From positions 160,436 to 224,435 of the forward strand of contig JBGTHP010000003.1 in the NCBI GenBank assembly GCA_041746105.1: a stretch of DNA of 64,000 nucleotides, written 5' to 3'. The notes under the pieces are model-generated. The model had not been told where the DNA came from and ran no database searches. It saw nothing but the letters and a program-made list of their open reading frames with translations. Both the position numbers and the translations under genes were made by a program. Shown piece after piece: positions 55,748-64,000 of the stretch. The DNA comes from Acidimicrobiia bacterium. Lineage in GTDB: Bacteria > Actinomycetota > Acidimicrobiia > Spongiisociales > ZC4RG35. The stretch's first letter is position 1, and the number at the start of each line of letters is the position of its first letter.

Positions 55748-58375
55748 TCACTCGGCGGCCATCTGACGGAGGACGTAATGCAGGATCCCACCGTGCCGAA
55801 GGTAGTTGACCTCGATCGGTGTATCGACCCGGCAGCGTGCATGAAACTCCGCCACGGGGCCGTCAGGGCCGGCCGCGATGACACGTATCAACTGGCGCGG
55901 CTCGAGTTCATCGGTGACTTCGATCTCGAATACCTCGGTGCCAAGTAGTCCAAGCGAGTCGGCAGATTCTCCTTCGCCGAATTCGAGTGGGAGAACACCC
56001 ATCATCACGAGGTTCGATCGATGGATCCGTTCGAAGCTCTCGGCGATCACTGCCTTGACCCCAAGTAGGAAGGTCCCCTTGGCTGCCCAATCCCGAGATG
56101 ATCCCATCCCGTAGTCCTTGCCGGCGATGACGAGCAGCGGCACGCCGAAGCTCTGGTAGTGCATCGAGGCGTCATAGATCGATTTGACCTCGCCGTCCAT
56201 GAAATCGGTTGTGAACCCACCTTCGGTGTCCGGGGCCAGTTGGTTTCTCACGCGGATGTTGGCGAAGGTTCCACGCGTCATCACCCGGTCGTTGCCCCGG
56301 CGTGAACCGTACGAGTTGAACATCGGTGGTTGGACACCCTGTCCGATCAGATACCGGCCGGCAGGCGAATCGACGTTGATCGAACCGGCGGGGGAAATGT
56401 GGTCGGTTGTCACAGAGTCCCCGAGCTTGGCCAGAACTCGAGCCCCTCGAATCGGGGAAAGCGGTTCCACGTCTCCGCTCAATCCGGAGAAGAATGGCGG
56501 TTCCTGGACGTATGTGGACTTGTCGTCCCATTCGTAGAGGGCACCACCCGAAGTTGTGATCGAACGCCATTCGGCGGCGCCGGAAAACACGTCCTCGTAC
56601 TTTTCGACGAACTGACTGCGGGACACATGCTGGGTGACGACCTCGTCGATTTCAGCCTGTGATGGCCAGACGTCGCGAAGGTAGATGTTGGTTCCAGGGA
56701 ACGGCTCCGTCTCAGGATCCCAGTCGACGGTCCCCGCCAGGGCGTAGGCAACCACGAGTGGAGGTGATGCGAGGTAGTTGGCTCTCACATCTGGTGAGAT
56801 CCGACCCTCGAAGTTTCGATTACCCGACAGGACCGCCGCCGCCACCAGGTTGCTGTCGTGGATTGTGCGGGAGATCTCATCGGGGAGCGGACCCGAGTTT
56901 CCGATACAGGTGGTACATCCGTATCCGACGACATAAAACCCGATTGCTTCCAACTCGGGCAGGAGACCCGATGACGTCAGGTACTCGGTAACGACCTGGG
57001 AGCCCGGCGCCAACGATGTTTTCACCCAAGGCTTCCGGTCGATTCCCAATCGTCTCGCCTTTTGTGCGACCAGACCGGCGGCCACCATGACGTCTGGGTT
57101 TGAGGTGTTCGTGCACGAGGTGATGGCGGCGATGACGATGTCGCCGTCGGTCAGCGAATAGTCGGCTCCGGCTACAGGCCCATCGTTTGGCTTGCCTCCG
57201 TCTCGGCCGAAGACGGTCTCGATTTGATCATTCCACGTCGCCTTCATCGCCCTGAGGTCAATTCGGTCTTGAGGACGTTTGGGCCCGGCCAGAGATGGCC
57301 TCACCGTCGACATGTCGAGATGGAGGTTTGACGAATAGGTGACCCGTCGCGAGGTATCGAGCCAAAGTCCCTGTGCCCGGTAGTAGGTCTCCACCGTTTC
57401 GATGAGCGCCTCGGGGCGTCCTGACAGCTCGAGGTAATCGAGCGTTCTGGTGTCAACCGGAAAGAACCCGATGGTGGCGCCGTACTCGGGGGCCATGTTT
57501 GCAATGGTGGCGCGATTGGCTACGGGCATGTCTTTGAGACCGGCTCCATGGAACTCGACGAACTTCCCGACGACGCCGTGATTGCGCAGCATCTCGGTTA
57601 CGACGAGGACGAGGTCGGTTGCGGTGGATCCCTCTGCCAGTTTGCCTGTCAACTCAAAGCCGACAACCTCCGGCAACAGCATCGAGATCGGCTGGCCCAG
57701 CATGGCGGCCTCTGCTTCGATCCCACCAACACCCCAACCAACAACACCAAGGCCGTTGATCATCGTCGTATGGGAGTCCGTGCCGACCAGGCTGTCGGGA
57801 AAAAGCCACGACCCGTCATCCCAGACGACCTTCGCCAGGTATTCGAGGTTGACCTGGTGGACGATGCCCGTTGCCGGGGGAACGACGGAGAAGTTCTTGA
57901 ACGCCTTTTGCCCCCACTTCAGAAACTCGTAACGCTCGCGATTGCGATCGAACTCGAGTCGGCTGTTGATCATCAGGGCGTTGGACGACCCAAACGCGTC
58001 CACCTGGACGGAGTGGTCGATCACGAGATCACATGGCACTCCTGGGTTCACCTTGTCGGCATTGCTCGGATCTCCCGTCATTTCGACGATGGCCGAGCGC
58101 ATGGCGGCGAGATCGACGATCGCGGGAACACCGGTGAAGTCCTGCAAAACAACTCGCCCTGGGATGAATGGAACTTCGTTCTCGCCCACCTTTTTGGCGT
58201 CGTAGTGGGCGATGGTCTGGACTTCCGACTCGTGGACGAGGCCGCTCGCCGAATGCCGGATCGCCGTCTCCAACAAGACCTTTATCGAATAGGGAAGGTG
58301 GTCGACCTCTCCCGCCGAGGCGAGGGGTGCAATCTTGCGTGTTCCGATGGGCGTGGTGATCTCGGTGAACGGCAT
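55748..58375 (-). CDS. acnA: aconitate hydratase A
   Basis: [10 protein letters not shown] and the Fe-S ligand motifs SCTNTSNP and [10 protein letters not shown]. 875 aa. Confidence 0.9.
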   Translation of the reverse strand: MPFTEITTPIGTRKIAPLASAGEVDHLPYSIKVLLETAIRHSASGLVHESEVQTIAHYDAKKVGENEVPFIPGRVVLQDFTGVPAIVDLAAMRSAIVEMTGDPSNADKVNPGVPCDLVIDHSVQVDAFGSSNALMINSRLEFDRNRERYEFLKWGQKAFKNFSVVPPATGIVHQVNLEYLAKVVWDDGSWLFPDSLVGTDSHTTMINGLGVVGWGVGGIEAEAAMLGQPISMLLPEVVGFELTGKLAEGSTATDLVLVVTEMLRNHGVVGKFVEFHGAGLKDMPVANRATIANMAPEYGATIGFFPVDTRTLDYLELSGRPEALIETVETYYRAQGLWLDTSRRVTYSSNLHLDMSTVRPSLAGPKRPQDRIDLRAMKATWNDQIETVFGRDGGKPNDGPVAGADYSLTDGDIVIAAITSCTNTSNPDVMVAAGLVAQKARRLGIDRKPWVKTSLAPGSQVVTEYLTSSGLLPELEAIGFYVVGYGCTTCIGNSGPLPDEISRTIHDSNLVAAAVLSGNRNFEGRISPDVRANYLASPPLVVAYALAGTVDWDPETEPFPGTNIYLRDVWPSQAEIDEVVTQHVSRSQFVEKYEDVFSGAAEWRSITTSGGALYEWDDKSTYVQEPPFFSGLSGDVEPLSPIRGARVLAKLGDSVTTDHISPAGSINVDSPAGRYLIGQGVQPPMFNSYGSRRGNDRVMTRGTFANIRVRNQLAPDTEGGFTTDFMDGEVKSIYDASMHYQSFGVPLLVIAGKDYGMGSSRDWAAKGTFLLGVKAVIAESFERIHRSNLVMMGVLPLEFGEGESADSLGLLGTEVFEIEVTDELEPRQLIRVIAAGPDGPVAEFHARCRVDTPIEVNYLRHGGILHYVLRQMAAE

Positions 58376-58414
58376 GAGCCGAGTCTACCGGTTGGGCGAA
58401 TCCGACCCCACCCC

Positions 58415-59233
58415 TCAGCCATCGACGGAGATCGACATGGTCGCCGACAATGTTTCGCCAGGACCAACCACCCGAAGGCCGCGTTCTGGATGGTTGAGGG
58501 CGTCAGGAGCGGCGCTCACGGGCTCGAGACAAAAGAAATTGGACCCTTTCGGGCTGTACACATGGAGGAAGTTGAGATCCGAGGACACCGTGATCCGCCC
58601 TCCCGGCGAGTCGATCAGGGCTTTGCCGTCCCAGCCCGTGAATGTGTTGTCGGCCACCAAGGCATCAACATCGAACGACCGAAAGCTCTCGCGTTCGTCC
58701 CAGCCGTCCGGCAGCACGGCCGCCCCTGTCCACCATCCGTCGACGGTCGCCGTGAACCGGCCGGGTTTTTCGAAGTAAGGGTGAAAACCAAGCCCTGCCG
58801 GCATCGGTTCGGAGGACAGATTGGCGAGTTCGAGCCCGATGACGAGCCTTCCGGATTCGACCGTGACCGTCTGGCGAGCGCGGTATCTCCATGGCCATTG
58901 TGATGCCGGCCGGGTAATCGTCAGCTCGACGTGGTTGTCGCGGTGGGCTGCGACATCCCAGCGATCCATCCAGCCGTCGCCATGGAGGGGATGTGGTTCA
59001 TCGGCGAGTTGAGGTGCGATTTCGACCCGTCGCCCTTCGAATTCGAATACCCCGTTCGAGATCCGGTTGCAGTACGGAACGAGGGCGAAGTGAGAGAAGT
59101 CCCTGGGGTCTCGAGCCGATTTTCCGCTACGTAACACGTCACGTGTTCCCACCTGGAACGAAAGCAGGGAACCACCTTGTGCGGGTGACACGACGACGCG
59201 GGTATCACCGTGAACCAGGACGACGTCGGTCAT
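58415..59233 (-). CDS. aldose 1-epimerase family protein
   Basis: LVPYCNRI, HPLHGDGW, GLGFHPYF motifs. Confidence 0.75.
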   Translation of the reverse strand: MTDVVLVHGDTRVVVSPAQGGSLLSFQVGTRDVLRSGKSARDPRDFSHFALVPYCNRISNGVFEFEGRRVEIAPQLADEPHPLHGDGWMDRWDVAAHRDNHVELTITRPASQWPWRYRARQTVTVESGRLVIGLELANLSSEPMPAGLGFHPYFEKPGRFTATVDGWWTGAAVLPDGWDERESFRSFDVDALVADNTFTGWDGKALIDSPGGRITVSSDLNFLHVYSPKGSNFFCLEPVSAAPDALNHPERGLRVVGPGETLSATMSISVDG

Positions 59234-59241
59234 GTTTGTGG

Positions 59242-59970
59242 TCAGCGGACCGAGATACTGACAGGCACCACGGTGACGCAGTTGTGTTTGGGATCAGGGT
59301 GCAACTCGAGCTCGCATGGCCGGCTCATGCCTTCGAAGAGCCCAGACACCAGGCCCTTGTCGAGCGAACAAACGACCTCTGGGTGATCGTTGGCCGCTTC
59401 GCCAAACGGACACGATGACGTGAGCAGACGCCCCGCAACCGGATCCGCCGACATCACGAACCCGAGGCCCGTCATCGCCTTGGCAATGGCCTTGACGGCG
59501 GTGCCGTACTCCTCATCATCCGGTGAACCGATTTGATCCGCCAGTTCGCGTCCATATTCACGGCCAACCGACTCGGCTATGGCCGAAACGTTGCCGGCTC
59601 CGCTGCGTTCGACGATACGCACGAGAAGATCGACGAGGAGGACGTGGCGCCGCGCGGGAAAATGGAGATCGATTGCTTTACCGCTCGGCGAGTAACACTT
59701 GGCCGGACGACCGGCCCCTGGCCCGCTCTTGCCTGCCGGTCGGCGTCTATCGATCTCTAGGTAGCCGTCCAGTGCGAGCTTGTCGAGATGGTGACGGGCG
59801 ACATTCGGGTGTAGGTCGAACAACTCGGCGATGTCGGCGCTGGTGAGTGGACCGGCCGCCTCTCTCACCGCGATATAGATGGCCCGCCGAGTGGGGTCAC
59901 CCAATGCGGAAGTTATGTCGCCGATGCTCTCGTCTAACAGCTGTGATGCCGCCGAAATGGGGTTGGACAC
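59242..59970 (-). CDS. ArsR/COG2345-type winged-helix regulator with C-terminal four-Cys domain (SufR-like)
   Basis: N-terminal LGDPTRRAIYIAVREAAGPLTSADIAELFDLHPNVARHHLDKL wHTH. C-terminal C-x13-C-x17-C-x11-C (SSCPFGEAANDHPEVVC...RPCELELHPDPKHNC). Confidence 0.5.
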   Translation of the reverse strand: MSNPISAASQLLDESIGDITSALGDPTRRAIYIAVREAAGPLTSADIAELFDLHPNVARHHLDKLALDGYLEIDRRRPAGKSGPGAGRPAKCYSPSGKAIDLHFPARRHVLLVDLLVRIVERSGAGNVSAIAESVGREYGRELADQIGSPDDEEYGTAVKAIAKAMTGLGFVMSADPVAGRLLTSSCPFGEAANDHPEVVCSLDKGLVSGLFEGMSRPCELELHPDPKHNCVTVVPVSISVR

Positions 59971-60029
59971 TCGCCAAAGTATAGTGGCGGCCGCCTTCTA
60001 AACACGATCGCTATAGGGGAAATCAACCC

Positions 60030-61094
60030 GTGTCAGACCTTTCCACAGTCATCGCCTCGATCAAGGATCCCCTGCTGGGCCGTTCCTTGGGTCACCTCGG
60101 CATGGTCGGCTCGGTCGACCAGCGTCGAATGGCGTCCGATCGTATCGAGGTGCTGACACCGGTCCCGAACAATCCGGGAGCGAACGAATTGAGGGCTGCC
60201 ATCGAGACCGCTGTTCCCGGCGCCAAGGTGGAGTTCACGGTCATGTCGGACGCCCAACGTTCAGAGATGATGGGCCGCCTGCGGAGTGAAGCCGGTCCCG
60301 GAGTGGGCGAAACCGGTTCCAGGACGCGAGTTATCGCGGTGGCGTCAGGCAAGGGGGGTGTCGGCAAGTCGTCCGTGACCACCAATCTGGCGATAGCGAT
60401 GACCCGGCTCGGACATTCGGTCGGAGTGATCGACGCCGATATCTGGGGATTTTCGATTCCGAGGATGTTGGGAATTGGTCATCCTCCGGTAGTGATCGAT
60501 GAGTCGATCATCCCGCCATCCGCGCACGGCGTGAGAGCAATGTCGATGGACTATTTCGTAGGTGACGACCAGGCCGTCATCTGGCGGGGTCCGATGTTGC
60601 ACAAAGCGATCGAACAATTCTTGAAGGATGTGTGGTGGGACGAGCCCGACTTCCTCTTTGTGGATATGCCGCCAGGCACCGGAGATGTGTCGATTTCTTT
60701 GTCGCAGTTTCTTCCTCGAGCACAAGTGCTTCTCGTGACGACACCACAACCGACCGCCCAGCGGGTGGCGCGCCGGGCAGCGCTCATGGCGGAGAAAGTC
60801 AACCAGGAGGTCATGGGTGTTGTGGAGAACATGTCGTTCTTCACTGGAGACGATGGCAAGCGATATCACATCTTCGGCGAGGGAGGCGGCCAAGAATTGG
60901 CGAGCGCCACCTCGGTGCCGCTCATGGCCCAGATCCCGCTGCTTCCGGCGATGCGGGCCGGCGCCGATGACGGGATTCCCGTGGTCTTGGCGGCGCCAGA
61001 TAGCGAAGCGGCCAAGGCGTTCGATGAACTGGCGGTTGCGGTCGCTGCCAGAAAACCTCGCGTCAGAAGCCATCCAGAATTGGTGATCCGCTGA
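60030..61094 (+). CDS. mrp: Mrp/NBP35 (ApbC) family P-loop ATPase
   Basis: DUF59-like N-terminus, deviant Walker A VASGKGGVGKSSVT, DMPPGTGD, ENMSFF...IFGEGGG. Confidence 0.85.
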   Translation: MSDLSTVIASIKDPLLGRSLGHLGMVGSVDQRRMASDRIEVLTPVPNNPGANELRAAIETAVPGAKVEFTVMSDAQRSEMMGRLRSEAGPGVGETGSRTRVIAVASGKGGVGKSSVTTNLAIAMTRLGHSVGVIDADIWGFSIPRMLGIGHPPVVIDESIIPPSAHGVRAMSMDYFVGDDQAVIWRGPMLHKAIEQFLKDVWWDEPDFLFVDMPPGTGDVSISLSQFLPRAQVLLVTTPQPTAQRVARRAALMAEKVNQEVMGVVENMSFFTGDDGKRYHIFGEGGGQELASATSVPLMAQIPLLPAMRAGADDGIPVVLAAPDSEAAKAFDELAVAVAARKPRVRSHPELVIR

Positions 61095-61127
61095 TCAACG
61101 ACCACAGGCGATCCCGGCTCGCCGGCA

Positions 61128-61517
61128 TCAAATAGGTGGCAGCGTTCCGCTGAGTCCTCGCACGACCCACAAAGCAAGGGTCAGCACACCGAGAACCACG
61201 CCCATTCTGTTGATGGTCGAAGGCCGAAGTGGTGCCAACCTCCCGGTCCTGACCCCAACCCAACGGACCCAGCCCGCAGCCAGCAGCGGCAGGACCACAA
61301 AGATGATCGGGTGCATCAGCCATGCCTGGACGATGTCACCCTTCATCAGGGCTGCAGCTGCTCTCGTCCCGCCGCAGAGGGGGCAGGCGTGCCCTGTGCC
61401 CAACGCGAACGGACAAGTGGTCGGACCTTGGGTCGCCGGCTTCCAGAGGAGAAAGGCGGCGATCAGCACCGGCAGGAATGCCGGCCAGTCGGTCCGAACT
61501 CTTCTCAGGCTGAACAT
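61128..61517 (-). CDS. DUF2752-like membrane protein
   Basis: CPFALGTGHACPLCGGTRA motif plus TM helices. ATG 61517 lies 4 nt after the upstream stop. The longest ORF starts at TTG 61559. Confidence 0.6.
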   Translation of the reverse strand: MFSLRRVRTDWPAFLPVLIAAFLLWKPATQGPTTCPFALGTGHACPLCGGTRAAAALMKGDIVQAWLMHPIIFVVLPLLAAGWVRWVGVRTGRLAPLRPSTINRMGVVLGVLTLALWVVRGLSGTLPPI

Positions 61518-61521
61518 CGGC

Positions 61522-61848
61522 TCAGAGGAAGGCGAAGACGATTTGCCCGAATACGGCAAGCACTGAGAGGACGATGAAGACGATGCCGGTGATGAACGCC
61601 GCCTGTGCCGTTCCGCGATTTGCTGGATCTCGCCGTCCGCCCTCGATCCCCTTCTTTTCGATGTTGGCGATGATCACCCCGGGGATGGCGGTGAAGATCC
61701 CACAACAGATGCCAAGAATCGACAGAACCAGCGCCAGCGTCGCCTGGCTTTTCTCCGGGTAGGCACCAGGGATCGGTGCCCCCATCGGGGGTGGCGGAGG
61801 TGGCATGGCCGGTGGTGGGGGCGGCGGTGGGGGCGGCATGTCTGTCAT
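61522..61848 (-). CDS. DUF4190-like small membrane protein with poly-proline N-terminus
   Basis: MTDMPPPPPPPPPAMPPPPPPMG..., then YPEKSQATLALVLSILGICCG...NRGTAQAAFITGIVFIVL, two TM segments. Confidence 0.6.
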   Translation of the reverse strand: MTDMPPPPPPPPPAMPPPPPPMGAPIPGAYPEKSQATLALVLSILGICCGIFTAIPGVIIANIEKKGIEGGRRDPANRGTAQAAFITGIVFIVLSVLAVFGQIVFAFL

Positions 61849-61892
61849 TTGAGTTTCCTCCCTTTGGGTCTACGAAATTCGATTCGGCGTTC

Positions 61893-62270
61893 TCAGGTTG
61901 ACTCGGCTACGAGGACGGCAAAAACGCCGGCGAAGGCCAAGATCACCACGAGGATGGAAACAACGATCAGCGCCGTTCCGATGATGCCGAGGATCTTCCC
62001 GGCCTGGGCGCTTCCTCGGTTGTCGGGCGACCTCAAGCCGGCATCGATGGCTTCGACCTCTTTTTTGCCGAGCCACCACGCGAACGGGCCAGTGAGTGAA
62101 CAGAGCACGATTGAGATGATTCCCAGGATCAGGGCAAGAACCGCCTGGCTCTGTTCTGGATACATCCCGACGGCTCCGCCCGGGGTAACGGCCGGCGGCG
62201 GTGGGGGAGGGGTGGATGAGGTCGGGTCGTCCGGGGTGGTGTCGTCGCCCGGGGAGGTCGGATCGCTCAT
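61893..62270 (-). CDS. DUF4190-like small membrane protein (paralog of 61522..61848)
   Basis: YPEQSQAVLALILGIISIVLCSLTGPFAWWLGKKEVEAIDAG...NRGSAQAGKILGIIG. Pro-rich N-terminus. Confidence 0.6.
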   Translation of the reverse strand: MSDPTSPGDDTTPDDPTSSTPPPPPPAVTPGGAVGMYPEQSQAVLALILGIISIVLCSLTGPFAWWLGKKEVEAIDAGLRSPDNRGSAQAGKILGIIGTALIVVSILVVILAFAGVFAVLVAEST

Positions 62271-62369
62271 GATTGGGTGGGTTTCGTCATTGGATTCAAC
62301 CTAGCGCGTCAAGCAGGGACCCGCACGGAACCAGAGCGGGATGTCCGATCAACGATCTAGATTCTCAGA

Positions 62370-63956
62370 ATGGATTTCGATGTGCTGTTTGTCAATGGGG
62401 TCGTGTTTGGCGCCTCAGACGCCGATTCGGTCGGTGTTTCGAATGGAATGATCCGTCATGTGGGAGCCGCCGACCGTCGCAGCGGACAGATCACCGTCGA
62501 TCTCGGCGGCCGGATGCTGACACCTGGTTTTCAAGACGCTCACGTCCATCCGTTCAGCGGTGGTTTTGTGTCGATCCGGTGCGATACCTCCGATCTACCG
62601 GACCGCCGTTCTGCCCTCGACGAGATCGCCCGTTATGCATCGTCGTGTTCTGAGGTGTGGGTTCGCGGCCGCGGTTGGGCGTACGACTGGTTCGAACGCG
62701 GTTGTCCGCCAAAGGAGCTGTTGGACGAACTCGTGCCAGATCACCCGGCCTACCTGGTGGTGCGAGACGGCCATTCGGCGTGGGTCAACTCGCGTGCGAT
62801 CGATCTGGCAGGCATCGCTGCCGGCACCCCGGATCCGATTGATGGCCGCATCGAACGTCTCCCGGACGGAACTCCTCAAGGAACGCTCCATGAAGGGGCG
62901 ATGGATCTCGTGTTGGGTCTTTTTCAGGATGAGACCCATGAAGAGCTCGATCAGGCCTTGTTGGCAGGTCAGAGCCGGATGTTGTCTCATGGCATCACTG
63001 CCTGGCAGGACGCGTGGGTGACGCAGGCAACTCATGACTCATACCTGCGTCTTGCCGACAGCGGGGCGCTGCTGGGCACCGTACGTGGGGCGCTCGCGTG
63101 GGACAGAAGCCGCGGCTTGGAGCAGCTATCCGACTTGAAGCGCCTCGCCGGAGAGAGCCGGGAGCGTTACCGACCTGGCTCGGTGAAGCTGATGCTCGAT
63201 GGTGTCATCGAGAACTTCACCGCTTCGGTTCTCCACCCGTACAACCACCGTGGAGGTGAGCAGGACGGAGGCTGCGGCATCGACTTCATCGCCAAATCAG
63301 ATCTACCAGAAATAGTGACCGCCCTGGACGCGGCCGGACTGCAATGTCATTTTCACGCTCTGGGTGATGCCGCGGTCAGATCGGCGCTCGATGCGCTCGA
63401 AATAGCGCGTTCGGTAAACGGAGACACCGACCTCCGACATCACATCGCTCATGTCCAGCTCGTAGACCCAGAGGACATCGGCCGCTTTGCCGAACTCGAT
63501 GTTGTTGCCAACTGTCAGCCCTTGTGGGCATGTAATGAGCCGGCGATCACCGAATTGACGCTGCCTTTCATCGGAGATCGCTCCCGGTATCTCTATCCGT
63601 TCGGTTCACTCGAGCGAAGCGGGGTTCGGCTGGCGATGGGCTCCGATTGGCCGGTGTCGACAGACGATGTGATGCATCAGATTTCGGTAGCGGTCACCCG
63701 CCGGCCGATTCACGATGCCGACGCCGAACCGTTGCTGGCCGCCGAGGGCGTCTCGGTCGAGTCCGCCCTCGCTGCTTTCACAAGTGGATCGGCCTATGTG
63801 AACCATCTCGACGGCTCGAGGGGGAGGGTGGCCGAGGGGATGGTGGCCGACCTCGTGGTCCTGTCGGCGGACCCGTTTGAGGCCACTGACCTCGCCGAGA
63901 TCCTCGTGGACCTCACGTTGGTCGACGGCAACATCGTGTTTTCACGAGAGACCTGA
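62370..63956 (+). CDS. amidohydrolase family protein (Amidohydro_3 / YtcJ-like metal-dependent hydrolase)
   Basis: GFQDAHVHP metal-binding motif, HFHALGDAA, and MGSDWPV near the C-terminus. Confidence 0.8.
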   Translation: MDFDVLFVNGVVFGASDADSVGVSNGMIRHVGAADRRSGQITVDLGGRMLTPGFQDAHVHPFSGGFVSIRCDTSDLPDRRSALDEIARYASSCSEVWVRGRGWAYDWFERGCPPKELLDELVPDHPAYLVVRDGHSAWVNSRAIDLAGIAAGTPDPIDGRIERLPDGTPQGTLHEGAMDLVLGLFQDETHEELDQALLAGQSRMLSHGITAWQDAWVTQATHDSYLRLADSGALLGTVRGALAWDRSRGLEQLSDLKRLAGESRERYRPGSVKLMLDGVIENFTASVLHPYNHRGGEQDGGCGIDFIAKSDLPEIVTALDAAGLQCHFHALGDAAVRSALDALEIARSVNGDTDLRHHIAHVQLVDPEDIGRFAELDVVANCQPLWACNEPAITELTLPFIGDRSRYLYPFGSLERSGVRLAMGSDWPVSTDDVMHQISVAVTRRPIHDADAEPLLAAEGVSVESALAAFTSGSAYVNHLDGSRGRVAEGMVADLVVLSADPFEATDLAEILVDLTLVDGNIVFSRET

Positions 63957-64000
63957 ACGGCCGCCGGCTCATCGCACTCCCCAGTTGTAGCTCTGTTTCT

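Noticed and set aside
57548-58903. 451-aa ORF antisense to acnA and the epimerase gene
   Set aside because: It spans two well-supported minus-strand genes and their gap. The translation is Arg/Gly/Asp-rich and featureless.
1-64000. Search by eye for CRISPR arrays, IS elements, integrases, prophage or defence-system genes, rRNA and tRNA
   Set aside because: I saw no regularly spaced direct repeats, no transposase, recombinase or reverse-transcriptase-like translations, and no rRNA or tRNA signatures. Manual inspection cannot fully exclude them.

Overview
High-GC, densely coding chromosomal window. By eye there are no rRNA or tRNA genes, CRISPR arrays, transposases, integrases or phage genes. 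Gene content points to an actinobacterial-type organism, possibly Acidimicrobiia-like (inference only). The supporting genes are an F420/LLM oxidoreductase, a class E sortase, a LysM-M23 peptidase, an MprAB/PepD-like module and SLH and Mrp proteins.

Order of content:
- dTDP-rhamnose genes (rfbA, rfbD, rfbB)
- a divergent envelope pair: an SLH-anchored beta-helix protein and a 1423-aa ExeM/NucH-type nuclease
- a PAP2/haloperoxidase-like protein, a molybdopterin oxidoreductase and a PLP decarboxylase
- REC-HDOD, manA, a class III aminotransferase and hrpB
- two paralogous membrane proteins flanking a lytic-transglycosylase-like gene
- GH65 phosphorylase plus beta-phosphoglucomutase
- an OmpR/HK/HtrA module
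- a cobalamin riboswitch driving an eight-gene corrinoid uptake and nucleotide-loop assembly operon
- acyl-CoA dehydrogenase
- a MarR gene divergent from an ABC-2 exporter whose ATPase gene carries an apparent 1-nt frameshift
- LysM-M23, rlmN, an LLM oxidoreductase and ggt
- an unusually long (466 bp) hairpin-rich intergenic region
- two translationally coupled membrane proteins with degenerate HD-GYP domains
- crotonase, sortase E, TlpA-like and sulfite-oxidase-like proteins, a CAP protein, aconitase and an aldose epimerase
- a SufR-like regulator divergent from mrp
- a DUF2752 plus 2x DUF4190 cluster and an amidohydrolase

I found no clear complete novel system. The strongest candidates for follow-up are the 48.6-52.3 kb locus (structured leader, possible signal-peptide-like micro-ORF, degenerate HD-GYP pair) and the paralog pair at 22.9-26.3 kb. 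All family calls rest on motifs read directly from the translations. No database search was run.
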